Origin: Octopus bimaculoides
Lineage: Eukaryota
Direction: 5' to 3'
DNA: 64,000 nt
Assembly (NCBI RefSeq): GCF_001194135.2
Contig: NC_068993.1
Location: 36,640,259 to 36,704,258, forward strand
The notes under the pieces: model-generated
Told to the model about the DNA's origin: nothing
The model's input: the letters and a program-made list of their open reading frames with translations, nothing else
Database searches by the model: none
Shown here: positions 50,241 to 61,900 of the stretch, one piece after another
Numbering within the stretch: the stretch's first letter is position 1
Layout of the letters: every line of letters starts with the position of its first letter
Program-made: the position numbers and the translations under genes

Positions 50241-51500
50241 TTTATGTATAAGTGAACTTTTGTACCACAATAGCTATGCCTGTGCCTATGTATACAAACA
50301 TATACACACATACAAATATATGCATGTGTGTCTATATACACAATAATTGTACAGAAATACCACACAGATGGGTTTCTGAACAGTTTCCATCACTCTTAAA
50401 TCACACACGGTTGTTTGCACCTGTTTCATTAATACACTTCAAAGGGAGATAGGAGAGAGAGATAGAGTTATGATGACCTTGACAAGAAGTTTAAAGGTGA
50501 ACAACCTCTTTACATTTTCTAAATGACATGCCTGCAGTTGAAGTGTGGATATTAACCTGTTTGTTTGCAACAATCTAATATTTATCTAAACTCTAGCAAT
50601 ACTGGAATATCAGAAGCTAAAAAAATCAGGAAAAATATTGTCTAAATTTCTAAAATTAAGGACTATCATTATTATTATTATACACTAATATTATAAGAAC
50701 TATGGAAGGCAGTGAGCTGGTAGAATTGTTAGCACACTTAGCAAAACGTTTAGTGGTATTTCATGTCTTTATGTTCTGGGTTCAAATGCTGCTAGGGTCA
50801 ACTTCACCTTTCATCCCTTTCGAGGTCAATAAAGTAAGTACCTGTTGAGCACTGGGGTCAATGTAACTGACTTACCTTTTTCCCCGATCATGCTGGCCCT
50901 GTGTCAAAATTTGAAACTAACAATATAAGGGCTGTGGATTTGCAGAATCATTAGAGTATCAGAAGAACTTGATACTTGAGATATTTTTTCTGCATGTTTA
51001 TGTTCTGAGTTCAAATCTCACCAAGGTCAAGTTTGCTTTCATTATTTTTTGGGGATGGGGGAGTTAATAAAATAAGTACCGGTCAAGTACTGGATTTGAT
51101 ATCATTGAATGATACCAAGTTTTCCCAAAGCTTCGGGCCTTGTTCCTATATGAGAAACAATTATCATACACTAATATATTTAGACTAAAATCCGTGTCCT
51201 GGTTCTTATAGTCACATTTCAGCCATTGTACTTTACAACCTTCTTCAGGAATTATCATTGTTACTAGCATACCCATATCATCAAAAATGCTGATAGTTTA
51301 AATAATGGTACAAAATGGTACATCAAAACAATAGGAGAAACCATTGGTAAATGTCTTCATGCATCATTATCAATATACAGATGTTCAAATTAGCATCTTC
51401 ATCTTGGTTGTTATAATACCAAAATTTCAGCCATTTGACCATCCAGCCTTCTGGAATTGCCATAAGAATGCATGACAATATGGGGAAGATTTTTTTACTT

Positions 51501-51852
51501 CAGGGGTTCTCAACCCCCTTTTACCTATGGATCTGTTTGTCTGGTAATTATTTTACCTTGGTGGACTACCATAGCCATTTGTTGTTTATAAACAAGTTTT
51601 GTTGATACTTTCAAAATTCCTATTTTGTCTTTCACACATTCCCTTGAGTAGGCTTGCAGTAGTACTCTCCATGAGAACATGTTTCAGTGGTTGGAAGATG
51701 TTAAAGAGAAAGAAACCAAGCCATTTCATGCTGTTTGCACAACACATGGCAAAATTTTTCATTGGATCCATAAAATCCTGTGGATCCTCATTTTACTATT
51801 TTGCTCAAGTAGATCCCCCAAGGGTCATATGGACAATAGTTGAGAACCATTG
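51501..51852. mobile_element. hAT (Charlie-type) MITE, 352 bp
   Basis: TIRs CAGGGGTTCTCAACC / AGTTGAGAACCATTG; decayed TSD TTTTACTT / CTTCACTT. Confidence 0.6.
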
Positions 51853-52014
51853 CTTCACTTGAAAAACAGGCAAAAGTTAATGAAAGGAAGGGCATCCAGC
51901 TGCAAAACAATGTCTCAATAATATATTCTTCTAACCCATGCTAGCATGGAAAAATGGACATAAAAATGAATGACCAAATGAATAACGATTCTAAATGAAA
52001 TACAAACACTTTAA

Positions 52015-52213
52015 CCCTTTAGTATTCAGGTTATTCTGACAAATGTAATGCTTATTTATTCATGTATTATGCATTATCTAATGGCTTTAAGATTTCAGTA
52101 AGGTGATTATTTATTTTTACAATGACATTGTAGGATAGATGAGTGAACCGTGACCTGGCCATTTTGAACATAAAACAGGTAGAATATTTTGGCTGGATAT
52201 TGCTGGTTAAGGG
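52015..52213. mobile_element. piggyBac-like MITE, third copy
   Basis: TTAA at 52011-52014 and 52214-52217; same internal sequence as the 33879 copy. Confidence 0.65.
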
Positions 52214-52949
52214 TTAAGGCAGGCCATTTTTGTATGAAAGAACTAAACACAGCCACAGGTAGGTTGGTACTAAAAAATTAATCCACATCCAGTTTGCCAC
52301 CTGTATCTTTCTCAGAATCTAAGTCTCTGATCTGTGGATGTGATATCTTAATGTACCACTCCAAATGTACTAAGCTTGGCATCATAGTTTCTTCTTCCTG
52401 CTTCTGTATGTGTTGAATGACATAAGAATCTGCCTATCCTTTTCTTTCATTACACTGTCTAATGCGATTTTTGTCCTTGGGTGGTAACTGTTACTTCCTA
52501 TTTGCTTATCCCTACAAAGTATGAAAAATGGCTAATATTTCCTTCAAACTTTGCTTTTGTTACATTTATTCAAACCCCAAAGAATCCCTCTCAACACATG
52601 GCTATGATGCTCCTCCACTACTCTTGCTCATGACTGGAGATGCATATATTGTCAGCCACAAAGGGACATGCTCAAGTGGTTAAGATCAAGCAAATGACAA
52701 GCAATTCTGTGGTAATTGAGCAGAATATTTGCTATAAGAATATTTCTGCTTCAGCAATTCAATGCAGAATCTGTGTAAATATAATGGAAAATAGGTCAGT
52801 TTCAAAACATTGATGCCCAGGACACAAAAGCAAAGTTTGAAAGGAATATTAGTCATTTTCCTTTCATTTCTAAATAGAAGTAAATAGGAAATAACACTTA
52901 TAAAAATTGTTATACAATGTTATGCCAAGAGACAAATAAATAAATAAAT

Positions 52950-53321
52950 GAAAACACTGAAACACATTTTATTTTGTACAATAATTTTTTCTTCATTTTT
53001 TTTTTTTAAATTTACATTTTTTTTTTATGAATTTATTTCGCTAATTAAATGCCTCAATTACAAGTTTTGAAACTAAAAATAAAAATGAATTAAAAATTAA
53101 AATAAATAAAAAAGTAAAAAAAAAAAAGTCCTCCAAAGAAGGAAGTGTCCTCATTGATCTACTGTGTTCTGATTCTGTAGCTGTTGTTGTTGTTGTTGCC
53201 AGTATAAGAGGTATCTGTAATCCCAGGTAAAGCTGATATATTTGGCGCTTTCAAAAAAGTAATTTCCATTACTTGTTAAGACAGCAACATATGTGGGGAA
53301 ATAATATGCAGCAGTGGCTCT
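52950..53321 (-). other. Possible terminal 3'-UTR exon with poly(A) signals
   Basis: Acceptor tttatttttccatacAG at 53323-53322. AATAAA on minus at 52968-52973 followed by a GT/T-rich stretch. The upstream donor was not identified. Confidence 0.3.
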
Positions 53322-53829
53322 CTGTATGGAAAAATAAATGATATTATTCCTTACCCTAAACGGATAAGTTTCCCCACTAGATTGCATGGATGTGTGTGTG
53401 CACGTGTGTATGCATATGTATGTGTGTGTGTATGGGAAGATCAATGTACAGAGGATTGTACAAGCATTAGTTTACGTTTTAGAATATGTATGTATGCACG
53501 CATGTATGTGTTTGTGTATGTGTACTTGCATGTGAACATATTTATACCAAATGCAGTAAATGTTTTGCAGAAAGATGGTGATTTTTGTTGGGTTTTTTTT
53601 TGGCTTAGAATTAAAAAAAAATAATTTTTTTATTGTTTTTAAAAAACAAAAGTCTTCCAAAGTCTGCTGCATTTAGCTGGGAAGTTGTTTTCTCCCTTCA
53701 CTTCCCATCTTCTCTGCTCATTAACCTACAAGTGTAGTTATGCAGATGTGTCGAAGTTGGGACTAGACAGAAGCAAGAAACATCACAGCAATGTCTTGTG
53801 TAAACAGCAAGAAATAACAGTTGACATCA

Positions 53830-53854
53830 TTATTTCTTTAGCTTCTTGCTAGAT
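53830..53854 (-). CDS. Last coding exon portion, (V)SSKKLKK-stop, of the same gene
   Basis: Phase-2 join gt|a tct agc aag aag cta aag aaa taa. An alternative AG 9 nt upstream (exon start 53863) keeps the frame (VLSRSSKKLKK*). Preceded by the U12 branch motif TTCCTTGAT. Confidence 0.7.
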
Positions 53855-55240
53855 CTAGACAAACTGGAATCAAGGAATATAAAATAAAAATCATGTATAC
53901 AATTTTATAAAAAAAACAACAAAAACATATGAACAAGTTAAAATACATTAATGACAATTATTATTTCTATATAGATGGAAACTGAAAGAAGCCCACTGTG
54001 TGTGTATATATATATATATATTTGTGTATGTATCTGCCCCTTGACACAAATTGATAACCTGTGTTGTTTTGCTTCCATCCCTGCAACTTGTGGTTCAACC
54101 AAAGAGATCAATAGAATAAGTACCAGTCTTAAAAATAAGCACTGGGGTTGATTTGTTTGATTAGACCCTTCAAAGCAGTGCCACAGTCCAATGACTGAAA
54201 CAAGTGAAAGATAAAAGACACCTAGTGGTGATGAAAACATGTGGCCAAGTGGTTAGTGTGCTGGACTCCCAAGCATAAAGCTGTGAATTCAATTCCTAGA
54301 CTAGCTGGTGCATTATGCCCTTGCTTTTGTTACATCTATTCAAACCCCAAAGAATCCCTCTCAACACATGGCTATGATGCTCCTCCACAACTCCTGCTCA
54401 TGATTGGAGATGCATATATTGTCAGCCACAAAGGGACATGCTCAAGTGGTTAAGATCAAGCAAATGACAAGCAAATCAGCTAACCCAATTGAAAGCTGGT
54501 GCAACCTTGCTCTCTCTCTTTCTCCTCCACCTGTCACACCACTTAGGTCAAAGATGGGAGAGTTGGAAAGGTGTCTGTGTCTGCTTGCAACTACACAGGC
54601 ACCTAAAAACAATTAGTGGAAAGCGTGGTACAAGCCATCAGGTCAGACTCTTTCGCAAGTGATGGCTAAGCTATACCCTAACGGTGAATAGTTACAAATT
54701 CCTAATAGTGATTATTAATTAAAAAACTAATTAAGAATGTTCAGAGAGACATAACCTTAATTACCATCATCATTGCTTTAACACCTGCTTTTATGGGTCA
54801 AAGGAAATTCATTATTGGGAAGGGCATGACTTTAATAATATATATTAGTCTAACCCATGCTAACATGGAAATTAGTGTAGAAATTTTTTAAAAATTTTAT
54901 AACATGAACCAACAAAAGTTCAGACTCAACACTGATCAACTTGAGATGGTCTGAACAAAAAGAAAATCTCACTTTCCACCAGACTGGATATAAAAATAAA
55001 GTAATAACATTTAAGACAGATTACAACAAGCGTAGAGAAAGTACTTTACACTGCTTTGTTTTATTACTGTTCTCATAGCTTGTCTCTTTGATAGAGCTGC
55101 AGTCTTTGGTCAAAGACCAACAGCATAATTAGTCTTAAGAATGTTAGCCAGGTTCTCACAGTTCTCTACCAGTTAGAGAATGCAGTTGGTGATATGTGAA
55201 CTGTTGCTTTCTACAGAGGAATTAATGATGGATGAGAGCA

Positions 55241-55412
55241 CTACACTCTCTGAGTGGTTGGCGTTAGGAAGGGCATCCAGCTGTAGAAACTCTGCCAAAT
55301 CAGACTGGAGCCTGGTGTTGCCATCCGGTTTCACCAGTCCTCAGTCAAATCGTCCAACCCATGCTAGCATGGAAAGCGGACGTTAAACGATGATGATGAT
55401 GATGATGATGAT
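55241..55412 (+). mobile_element. 5'-truncated (GAT)n-tailed retroposon (RTE-type 3' end or RTE-dependent SINE) with TSD
   Basis: TSD GATGAGAGCA at 55231-55240 and 55413-55422; identical by eye to about 5718-5878. Confidence 0.85.
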
Positions 55413-56199
55413 GATGAGAGCAATGGAGACTCCAGTCATCAATGAAGATCAGCTGAACAATTTGCTCTGGAAGTCTTTTAGCCTGGGGACTGAACAATTT
55501 CTAGAAGGCTGTGCTATTGGGAGGCATTGTTAGACCAGGATAAACTCTAGACACAAGCAGATCACTATAAACTGTTCAACACAACATTTATTCAGCAACT
55601 GAGCACTGCTGACTTATGGAATGAAGTCTATCAGCTTTTGTCATGAGGATGAACAGTTCTAGCTACCAGCAGAAGTCCAGTGTGAAGACTGCCTTGGAGC
55701 ATTTCTTTGGTTGGGAACAATAGGCAGTTTTCTATTGCATGGTACCTTGGGACAACCAAAGTTTTGCCAGCGAGGGTTGGTGACAGGAAGGGCCTCTGGC
55801 CATAGAAAAAAATGTTTTAACCAATTCCATTACATGGGATTGATATTTGAACACGTTTTAATTACATTCCTATCAGACTACAACCTGGGGTCTAGGATAA
55901 AAAAAACATTTGTGTATCTTCTCATATAAAAGTCCTTTGTGTGACATTCATTGTCCCTACTCTCTACCAAGGATTTTCTGGATAATTTTTGCTAAGATAT
56001 TTATTATTATTAAATTCTGCCAAGGTCAACTTTGCCTTTCATCCTTCTGGGGTCAATGAAATAAGTACTAGTTGCACACTGGTTTCAATGTCCCCTCCCC
56101 TAAAATTTCAGGCCTTGTGCATTTAGCAGAAAGAATTATTATTATTCCTTTGGTTCACTCAGTACTGCATTGCTTGATATCAAGTTGTACCTCACAACC

Positions 56200-56720
56200 T
56201 TAGGTGTCTAACACCTTTCATACAACCCTCACTGTGCCAAGCAAAAAAGCTTTCTGTAGAATCACAAAATATCTCGATATCCAAATTATTATCATAATAT
56301 CTGACATGCTCAGCTTGTTACTGGAGATATCATTTATGTTTCAGCTGTTCACTTCCTATGAACTAAGCTGGTACTTTCTTTTCAAGTATCAAGAACTTTG
56401 TAGAGACTCCTTGCACTACCAGGATGTGCTCTATTTTTATTTCTATGCCAACCTTTTCCAACCAATTTTTAATTTCTTTGCTCACTGTACCTCAAGCACC
56501 GACAATTACTGGTACAATATACACCTTTTTTCACTGACCATAGCTTTTTAATTTCAGAGCTTCATATCTCATGAGTTATTCTACTCTTTTTTTTTTTCCC
56601 CCAATGATCCTGTTACCCCCAGGACAAGATGTCTATGATCAGGCATGACTTTTCTTGCTTGTCCACTAGAACGAGGTTTCCAATGTTTGATTCCATGACC
56701 ATAATGGATTCTATCACGTC
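56200..56720 (-). mobile_element. R4/Dong-like LINE C-terminal (restriction-like endonuclease) relic with two tandem 3' ends
   Basis: NLVLVDKQEKSCLIIDI, EIKKLWS, VYIVPVIVGA*GTVSK..WLEKVGI, GSARSLYKVLDT* (ends 56382); a second end LQKAFLLGTVRVV*KVLDT* (56200-56260) is followed by a short (TAA)n. Confidence 0.7.
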
Positions 56721-56917
56721 CTTTGGCTCGTGTTCATTATTACTATTTTTTAGCTAAAGAAAAAACAGAAATCCAAAGCCTAAAAATTTCTATATATTTC
56801 TAACAGTAGCTTCCATCATTGCTCTTCAATAGTTTAAAGTAAATCAAAACAGCCATGGCTCAACCCCAACCCCTCACCCTGGTCACTTCAATAATTAATT
56901 TATATAAAAAAGGATAC

Positions 56918-57003
56918 ACTTTCTCTTTGTCTGCTCGTTTCATGCGTTCTTTCTCTTTATCTTTTACCTTTTCTCGGTACTCATCCTCTCCACTACGACT
57001 TTC
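56918..57003 (-). CDS. Penultimate coding exon (86 nt) of the same K/R/E-rich protein
   Basis: Acceptor ttttatttgtgtcattgcAG|GAA. Encodes ESRSGEDEYREKVKDKEKERMKRADKEK plus 2 nt, followed by GTATCCTTTT (U12 5' splice site). Confidence 0.8.
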
Positions 57004-57163
57004 CTGCAATGACACAAATAAAAGACAAATTATACAAGTCAAGATGAACAACAACGATGGCCCCCACCCCCGTCTTCATAAAACTTTTTCTTACTCTCGA
57101 TCCTGCTTCATTAAGGACTTTTCTTTCTCTCTCTCTCTCTTTATATATATATATATATATATA

Positions 57164-57812
57164 CAGGGAATGCTGGGTAAATTGTCGCCATTTTATATTT
57201 TTAATTTTGCGAATGCACATTGTTTTTTTTTGATTTTGTCAACTACACAGTATAGTAGGATCAGTTGGGCACCATCTGTGAGAAAAACACCATCTTGACA
57301 CAATTCACTCAGCCAGAAATTTGGAAGTGACATGCTGTACTACCTGGTATTCATGCTCAATATTCCAATACAAACATTTCAGAGTGTTTGGGTGTCAATC
57401 TGAGAAAATATACTGAGAGTGATAAAAATCAAACATCCAGTCAACATCATGGTGTTTGGAGTGATCACTAGTGATGGTGACACTATGCCTCCATTCATCT
57501 TCCTACATGGCCTCAGACTCAGCATAGAGGTCTACATCATGTGCCTGGAGGAGGGGGTAGTGCTGCCCTGGGTCAAGAGGGTAACTGCTGGAAGACTGTG
57601 GGTCTGACAACAGGACTCTGCACCGTGCCACACAAGCAAGAGAACCCAGCCATGGCTGTCAGACAATCTCTGCAACCACATTACCCCTAATATCTGGTCA
57701 CCTAACTCCCCAGACTGGAACCCTCATGATTATTATGTGTGGGTGCAGTTGAGCAAGAGACCAACAGAACTCATTGTAAAACCAAAGATGACCTGAAGGC
57801 AAGGATTATGGC
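57164..57812 (+). mobile_element. Internally deleted maT (DD37D) Tc1/mariner relic
   Basis: Begins TA|CAGGG after a (TA)n run. KHPVNIMVFGVITSDG.TMPPFIF...LPW...*QQDSAPCH...WSPNSPDWNPHDYYVW; 37 residues between the second and third Asp. One in-frame TGA and one frameshift. Confidence 0.8.
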
Positions 57813-58232
57813 ATCCAGCCATAAAAACCATGCAAAGACAAACACAGTAGCCTGGTGTAATCTTCAACCTGGTCAGCTCCTGTCAAACTGTCCAACCCAT
57901 GCCAGCATGGAAGACACGTAAAATGATAATGATGATATCTCATAAAATATTTGCTTGAGGGACCTCACCAGATAATGCCTGTACTCCATACACTCTACCC
58001 ATACTCCTTTCTAGGTTATCTGGTGTCAACAGTTACCATCCACCCTCACCACTGATCCATTTCTTGTTATCTACCACACTCTCACTCTTGTCCTTTCTAG
58101 TGTTGGTGCCATGAGAAAATGCACCCAGTGCACTCGTAACTGTGGGGCCTGAGAGGTCCCCATTACATTTGTCAAAAACAGGATAAAACCACGACCCACC
58201 CCTGGTGCTCATGCCACGAAAAGATGCACCCA

Positions 58233-58978
58233 ATCATCATCATCATCATCGTTTAACGTCCGCCTTCCATGCTAGCATGGGTTGGACGATTTGACTGAGG
58301 ACTGGTGAAACCGGATGGCAACACCAGGCTCCAATCTAATTTGGCAGAGTTTCTACAGCTGGATGCCCTTCCTGACACCAACCACTCAGAGAGTGTAGTG
58401 GGTGCTTTTACATGTCACCCGCACGAAAATGGCCACGCTCGAAATGGTGTCTTTTATGTGCCACCCGCACAAGAGCCAGTCCAGGGGCACTGGCAACGAT
58501 CCCGCCCGAAAGATTCCATGTGTCGCCCGCACACGAGCCAGCCCAGGGGCACCGGCAACGATCTCACTCGAAAAACCTCATGTGTCACCCGCACAATNNN
58601 NNNNNNNNNNNNNNNNNNNNNNNNNNNNNNNNNNNNNNNNNNNNNNNNNNNNNNNNNNNNNNNNNNNNNNNNNNNNNNNNNNNNNNNNNNNNNNNNNNNN
58701 NNNNNNNNNNNNNNNNNNNNNNNNNNNNNNNNNNNNNNNNNNNNNNNNNNNNNNNNNNNNNNNNNNNNNNNNNNNNNNNNNNNNNNNNNNNNNNNNNNNN
58801 NNNNNNNACCGGCAACGATCCCGCTCGAAAGACTCCATGTGTCGCCCGCACATGAGCCAGCCCAGGGGCACTGGCAACGATCCCGCCCGAAAGATTCCAT
58901 GTGTCGCCCGCACACGAGCCAGCCCAGGGGCACCGGCAACGATCTCACTCGAAAAACCTCATGTGTCACCCGCACAAT
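58233..58978 (-). mobile_element. (GAT)n-tailed retroposon with an internal 62-bp tandem array
   Basis: Tail at 58233-58250; unit starts at 58457, 58519 and 58581, and after the gap at 58838, 58900 and 58962. Confidence 0.8.
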
Positions 58979-61900
58979 ATACTCAGTAAAATGGAAGATG
59001 TTAGGAAAAGTATCCAGCCTTAGAAACTGAGCCAAAAACGAAATTTGTAATTGAGACGTGGTACTTTGACCCATTTAGAATTGCAGCAACAAATTGTCCA
59101 ACCCCGGCAATCATAGAAAGCAGACATAAAACAAGAATGATGATCCTTCTTTCACTACTCTAGCAAATACAGTGATGTCTATGCTTTGCTGATGTGGTCA
59201 CAAGCCAAAAACATGTTATGAATTGTCTTCTACACTTGTAATATTTAAAATATTAATCACAGACTAATACAGTTTTTGTTTTCACCAGTGTAATTATATC
59301 TTGTTAGTACTTCAATGTTTCCACATTAACCTAATTATTAGTTTTTCCTTCAGTTACAGAATTGGTTTGAAATGTTCTTAGTTTTACTAAGAACATTTCA
59401 AACCAATTTTATAACTGTGCTGGATGATGACTGCTTCAAAACTGAAATAACATAAAAGACACTATCTATACATCAGCCCATTTTGTCACATACATTCATT
59501 CTCCAATCTGAGCAGCTTATCACCATTATAAAGAGTTAGATTTACTAATTTCAGTCATTAGACTGTGGCCATGAAGAATTTTTAGTCAAATGAATCATTC
59601 CAATCGCTTTTGTTTTTAAAAGCTTGGTATTTATTCTATCAATCTCTTTTGCCATATCGCTAAGTTATGGGGATGTAAACACACCAACACTGGTTGTCAA
59701 GCAGTGGTGGGATGGACCGACACACACAAACATGGGCTTTTTTCAGTTTCCGTTTACCAAACCCACTCACAAGGCTTTGGTTGGCCCAAGGTTATAGAAG
59801 ATACTTGCTCAAGGCACCATGCAGTAAGACTGAACCCAGAACCATGTGGTTGGCAAGCAAACATCTTACCACACAGCTATACCTGCAGTCTACCTACACT
59901 ACATTTTTTCACTCCTGTCACTGCCATTATGACAAACTTCAAACACATATATATAAGCCAATCAGAGGAGGAGAGGGGCAACAACAACTGTCACATGTCC
60001 TAATTTGTAACTGCACACATACACAGGACTAAACACTGCATGGCCCTGAACTGAAAAGACTACATATGTGTGGGCTGCTGTCTTTTAATGTTTGATCAGC
60101 TGCTTTCATGCCATTGGTCTGTTGCCACAGATTTTGACTGGGTTTACTCAACAACAACAACGACGATAAACAAGGGTTTTGTCACTGCCATTACTGACAT
60201 AACATTTACTGTTGATAAGATGGTGGTTACGACATTCTTTCTCAGAATTACTTTCTCTCTGCTTTGTGCGTGGGTGTGCACACATGTGGATTCCTGTTTG
60301 TATGACATTGAAACTGGCATTAGACATTCTGCTGTATAAAGTGTGAATGCTCTAAAACTTGTTTCTTTCCATTAAGGCAATGAAGATTATTATTATTGTA
60401 TTATGCTGTACTGTACCTCAGGCCATACTTATCAGTACCATATCAGATTTTATAAAATAAAGTTGGTGGTTCTCTCAATCATCTCTTCTACAAAAAGGGT
60501 CATCATTAGTCACCTTTAATGATCCTTCTCACAGTACAATCTCACTGACTTAGAGGGCAGGATGGGAAGAGAGAAAGGGAGGGAGGGACCATCACTTGTA
60601 CTTCACAGGTACTTTATCAACCCCTGGATGATAAAAAGTAAAGATGACTTTGACAGGTTTTGAACTGAGAACCCAGAAAGTCAGAATAAATACCCCTAAA
60701 ACATTCAATCTGGTACTATATCATCATCATTTAACATCTGTTTTCCGTACTGGCATGGGTTAGACAGTTTGACAGGAGCAGACTAGCTGAAAGGCTGTTT
60801 AAGCTCCCTGTCTGTTATGGCTGGATGCCCTTCCTAACGTCAACCATTTTACAGTGTGCTGAGTGCTTTTTACATGTCACCAGCACCTACAAGCCCACGA
60901 GGTTAGGGATGCTCAGCTGGAGAGAGTTGCAGGGGATGAGCTTGTATGCAAGGACAACCACACTTTTACTAAACTTGATGGGTCTTTTCAAAGCACAACA
61001 AACTGCCAGGAGTCCTAATCCCCTCTGTGAGTCCCAACGTCTGTAGATCCTTTCTCACTACTTCATCTGCTATCTGAACATGACAACATTACAATCACTA
61101 CATTTACGAAAGATCAAAGGGGAAAAAAAAACGGACTTAAAGAACAGAAATAAACCAAAGTAGGTGCCATGTAAGTTATGTTGGAACCAATGTGTGGAGA
61201 AGAGATGAGTGAATTGGTAGAGTGATATTTGGGGAGGAAAAAGTGTGTGTGTGTGTGTGTGTAGCACTGGTTCTGGAAAGAAAAGTCAAGATATGAGGAT
61301 GTTAGAACTGATAGATGAGATGACACAAGATTGAGAGGAAGGATGGGAGTGTCATGTTAGAGACTCAATTCAACTCACAGCAATATTAAGAAAGGGGTGG
61401 GGGTGTTTATGATGGTTACTAAACACAAGTGGTCAGTGAACAAGTGAGGATGAAATGGGGTTATGAAAATTCTTTAGCCTTGTCAAGGGCATGACAACCT
61501 CTTTGGTACTGGTACCACAGTAAAATACATCAAGTACACACTGTAAAGTGGTTAGTGCTGGGAGAGGAATCTAGCTACAGAAACCAAGCTAAAAATGAAA
61601 TGTACAAGTATGACATTGTCCTCAAACTTGTTTAGGAGCGGAGTGACTCTGAATGAAGATCCCCTCACTCTGCAACAACTTGTCTATCTTGTACTGGCAT
61701 GGAAATCATAGTTTCGTTTAACGTCCGCTTTCCATGCTAGCATGGGTTGGACGATTTGACTGAGGACTAGCAAGCCAGAAGGCTGCACCAGGCTCCAACC
61801 TTATCTGGCAGAGTTTCTACAGCTGGATGCCCTTCCTAATGCCAACCACTCCGAGAGTGTAGTGGGTGCTTTTACGTGCCACCAGCACAAGAGCCAGTCA

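Larger units (their letters stand above)
52551..54474 (+). repeat. Direct repeat pair 52551-52704 and 54321-54474
   Basis: 154-bp segments with 4 mismatches counted by eye; they bracket the last exons of the minus-strand gene. Confidence 0.8.
53855..56917 (-). other. U12-type (minor spliceosome) GT-AG intron, 3063 nt
   Basis: 5' site GTATCCTTTT (56917-56908) matches RTATCCTTT. Branch site TTCCTTGAT (53877-53869) matches TTCCTTRAY, with the branch A 15 nt from the AG at 53856-53855. The spliced frame is open and compositionally continuous. Confidence 0.75.

Noticed and set aside
53151-53321. Minus ORF RATAAYYFPTY...QQQQQQLQNQNTVDQ*
   Set aside because: Lies downstream of the stop at 53830-53832; more likely 3' UTR with a (CAA)n tract. 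No family recognised.
58285-58320. CTGAGGA-ctggt-GAAAC in the antisense of the (GAT)n-tailed family as a short-stem-II hammerhead
   Set aside because: No U16.1-H17 triplet and no stem I pairing.
1222-60339. Most ORF-track entries (YIYI, CVCV, ERER, HTHT, poly-L, X-rich)
   Set aside because: They are translations of microsatellites, N gaps or SINE consensus sequence, with no splice or domain support.
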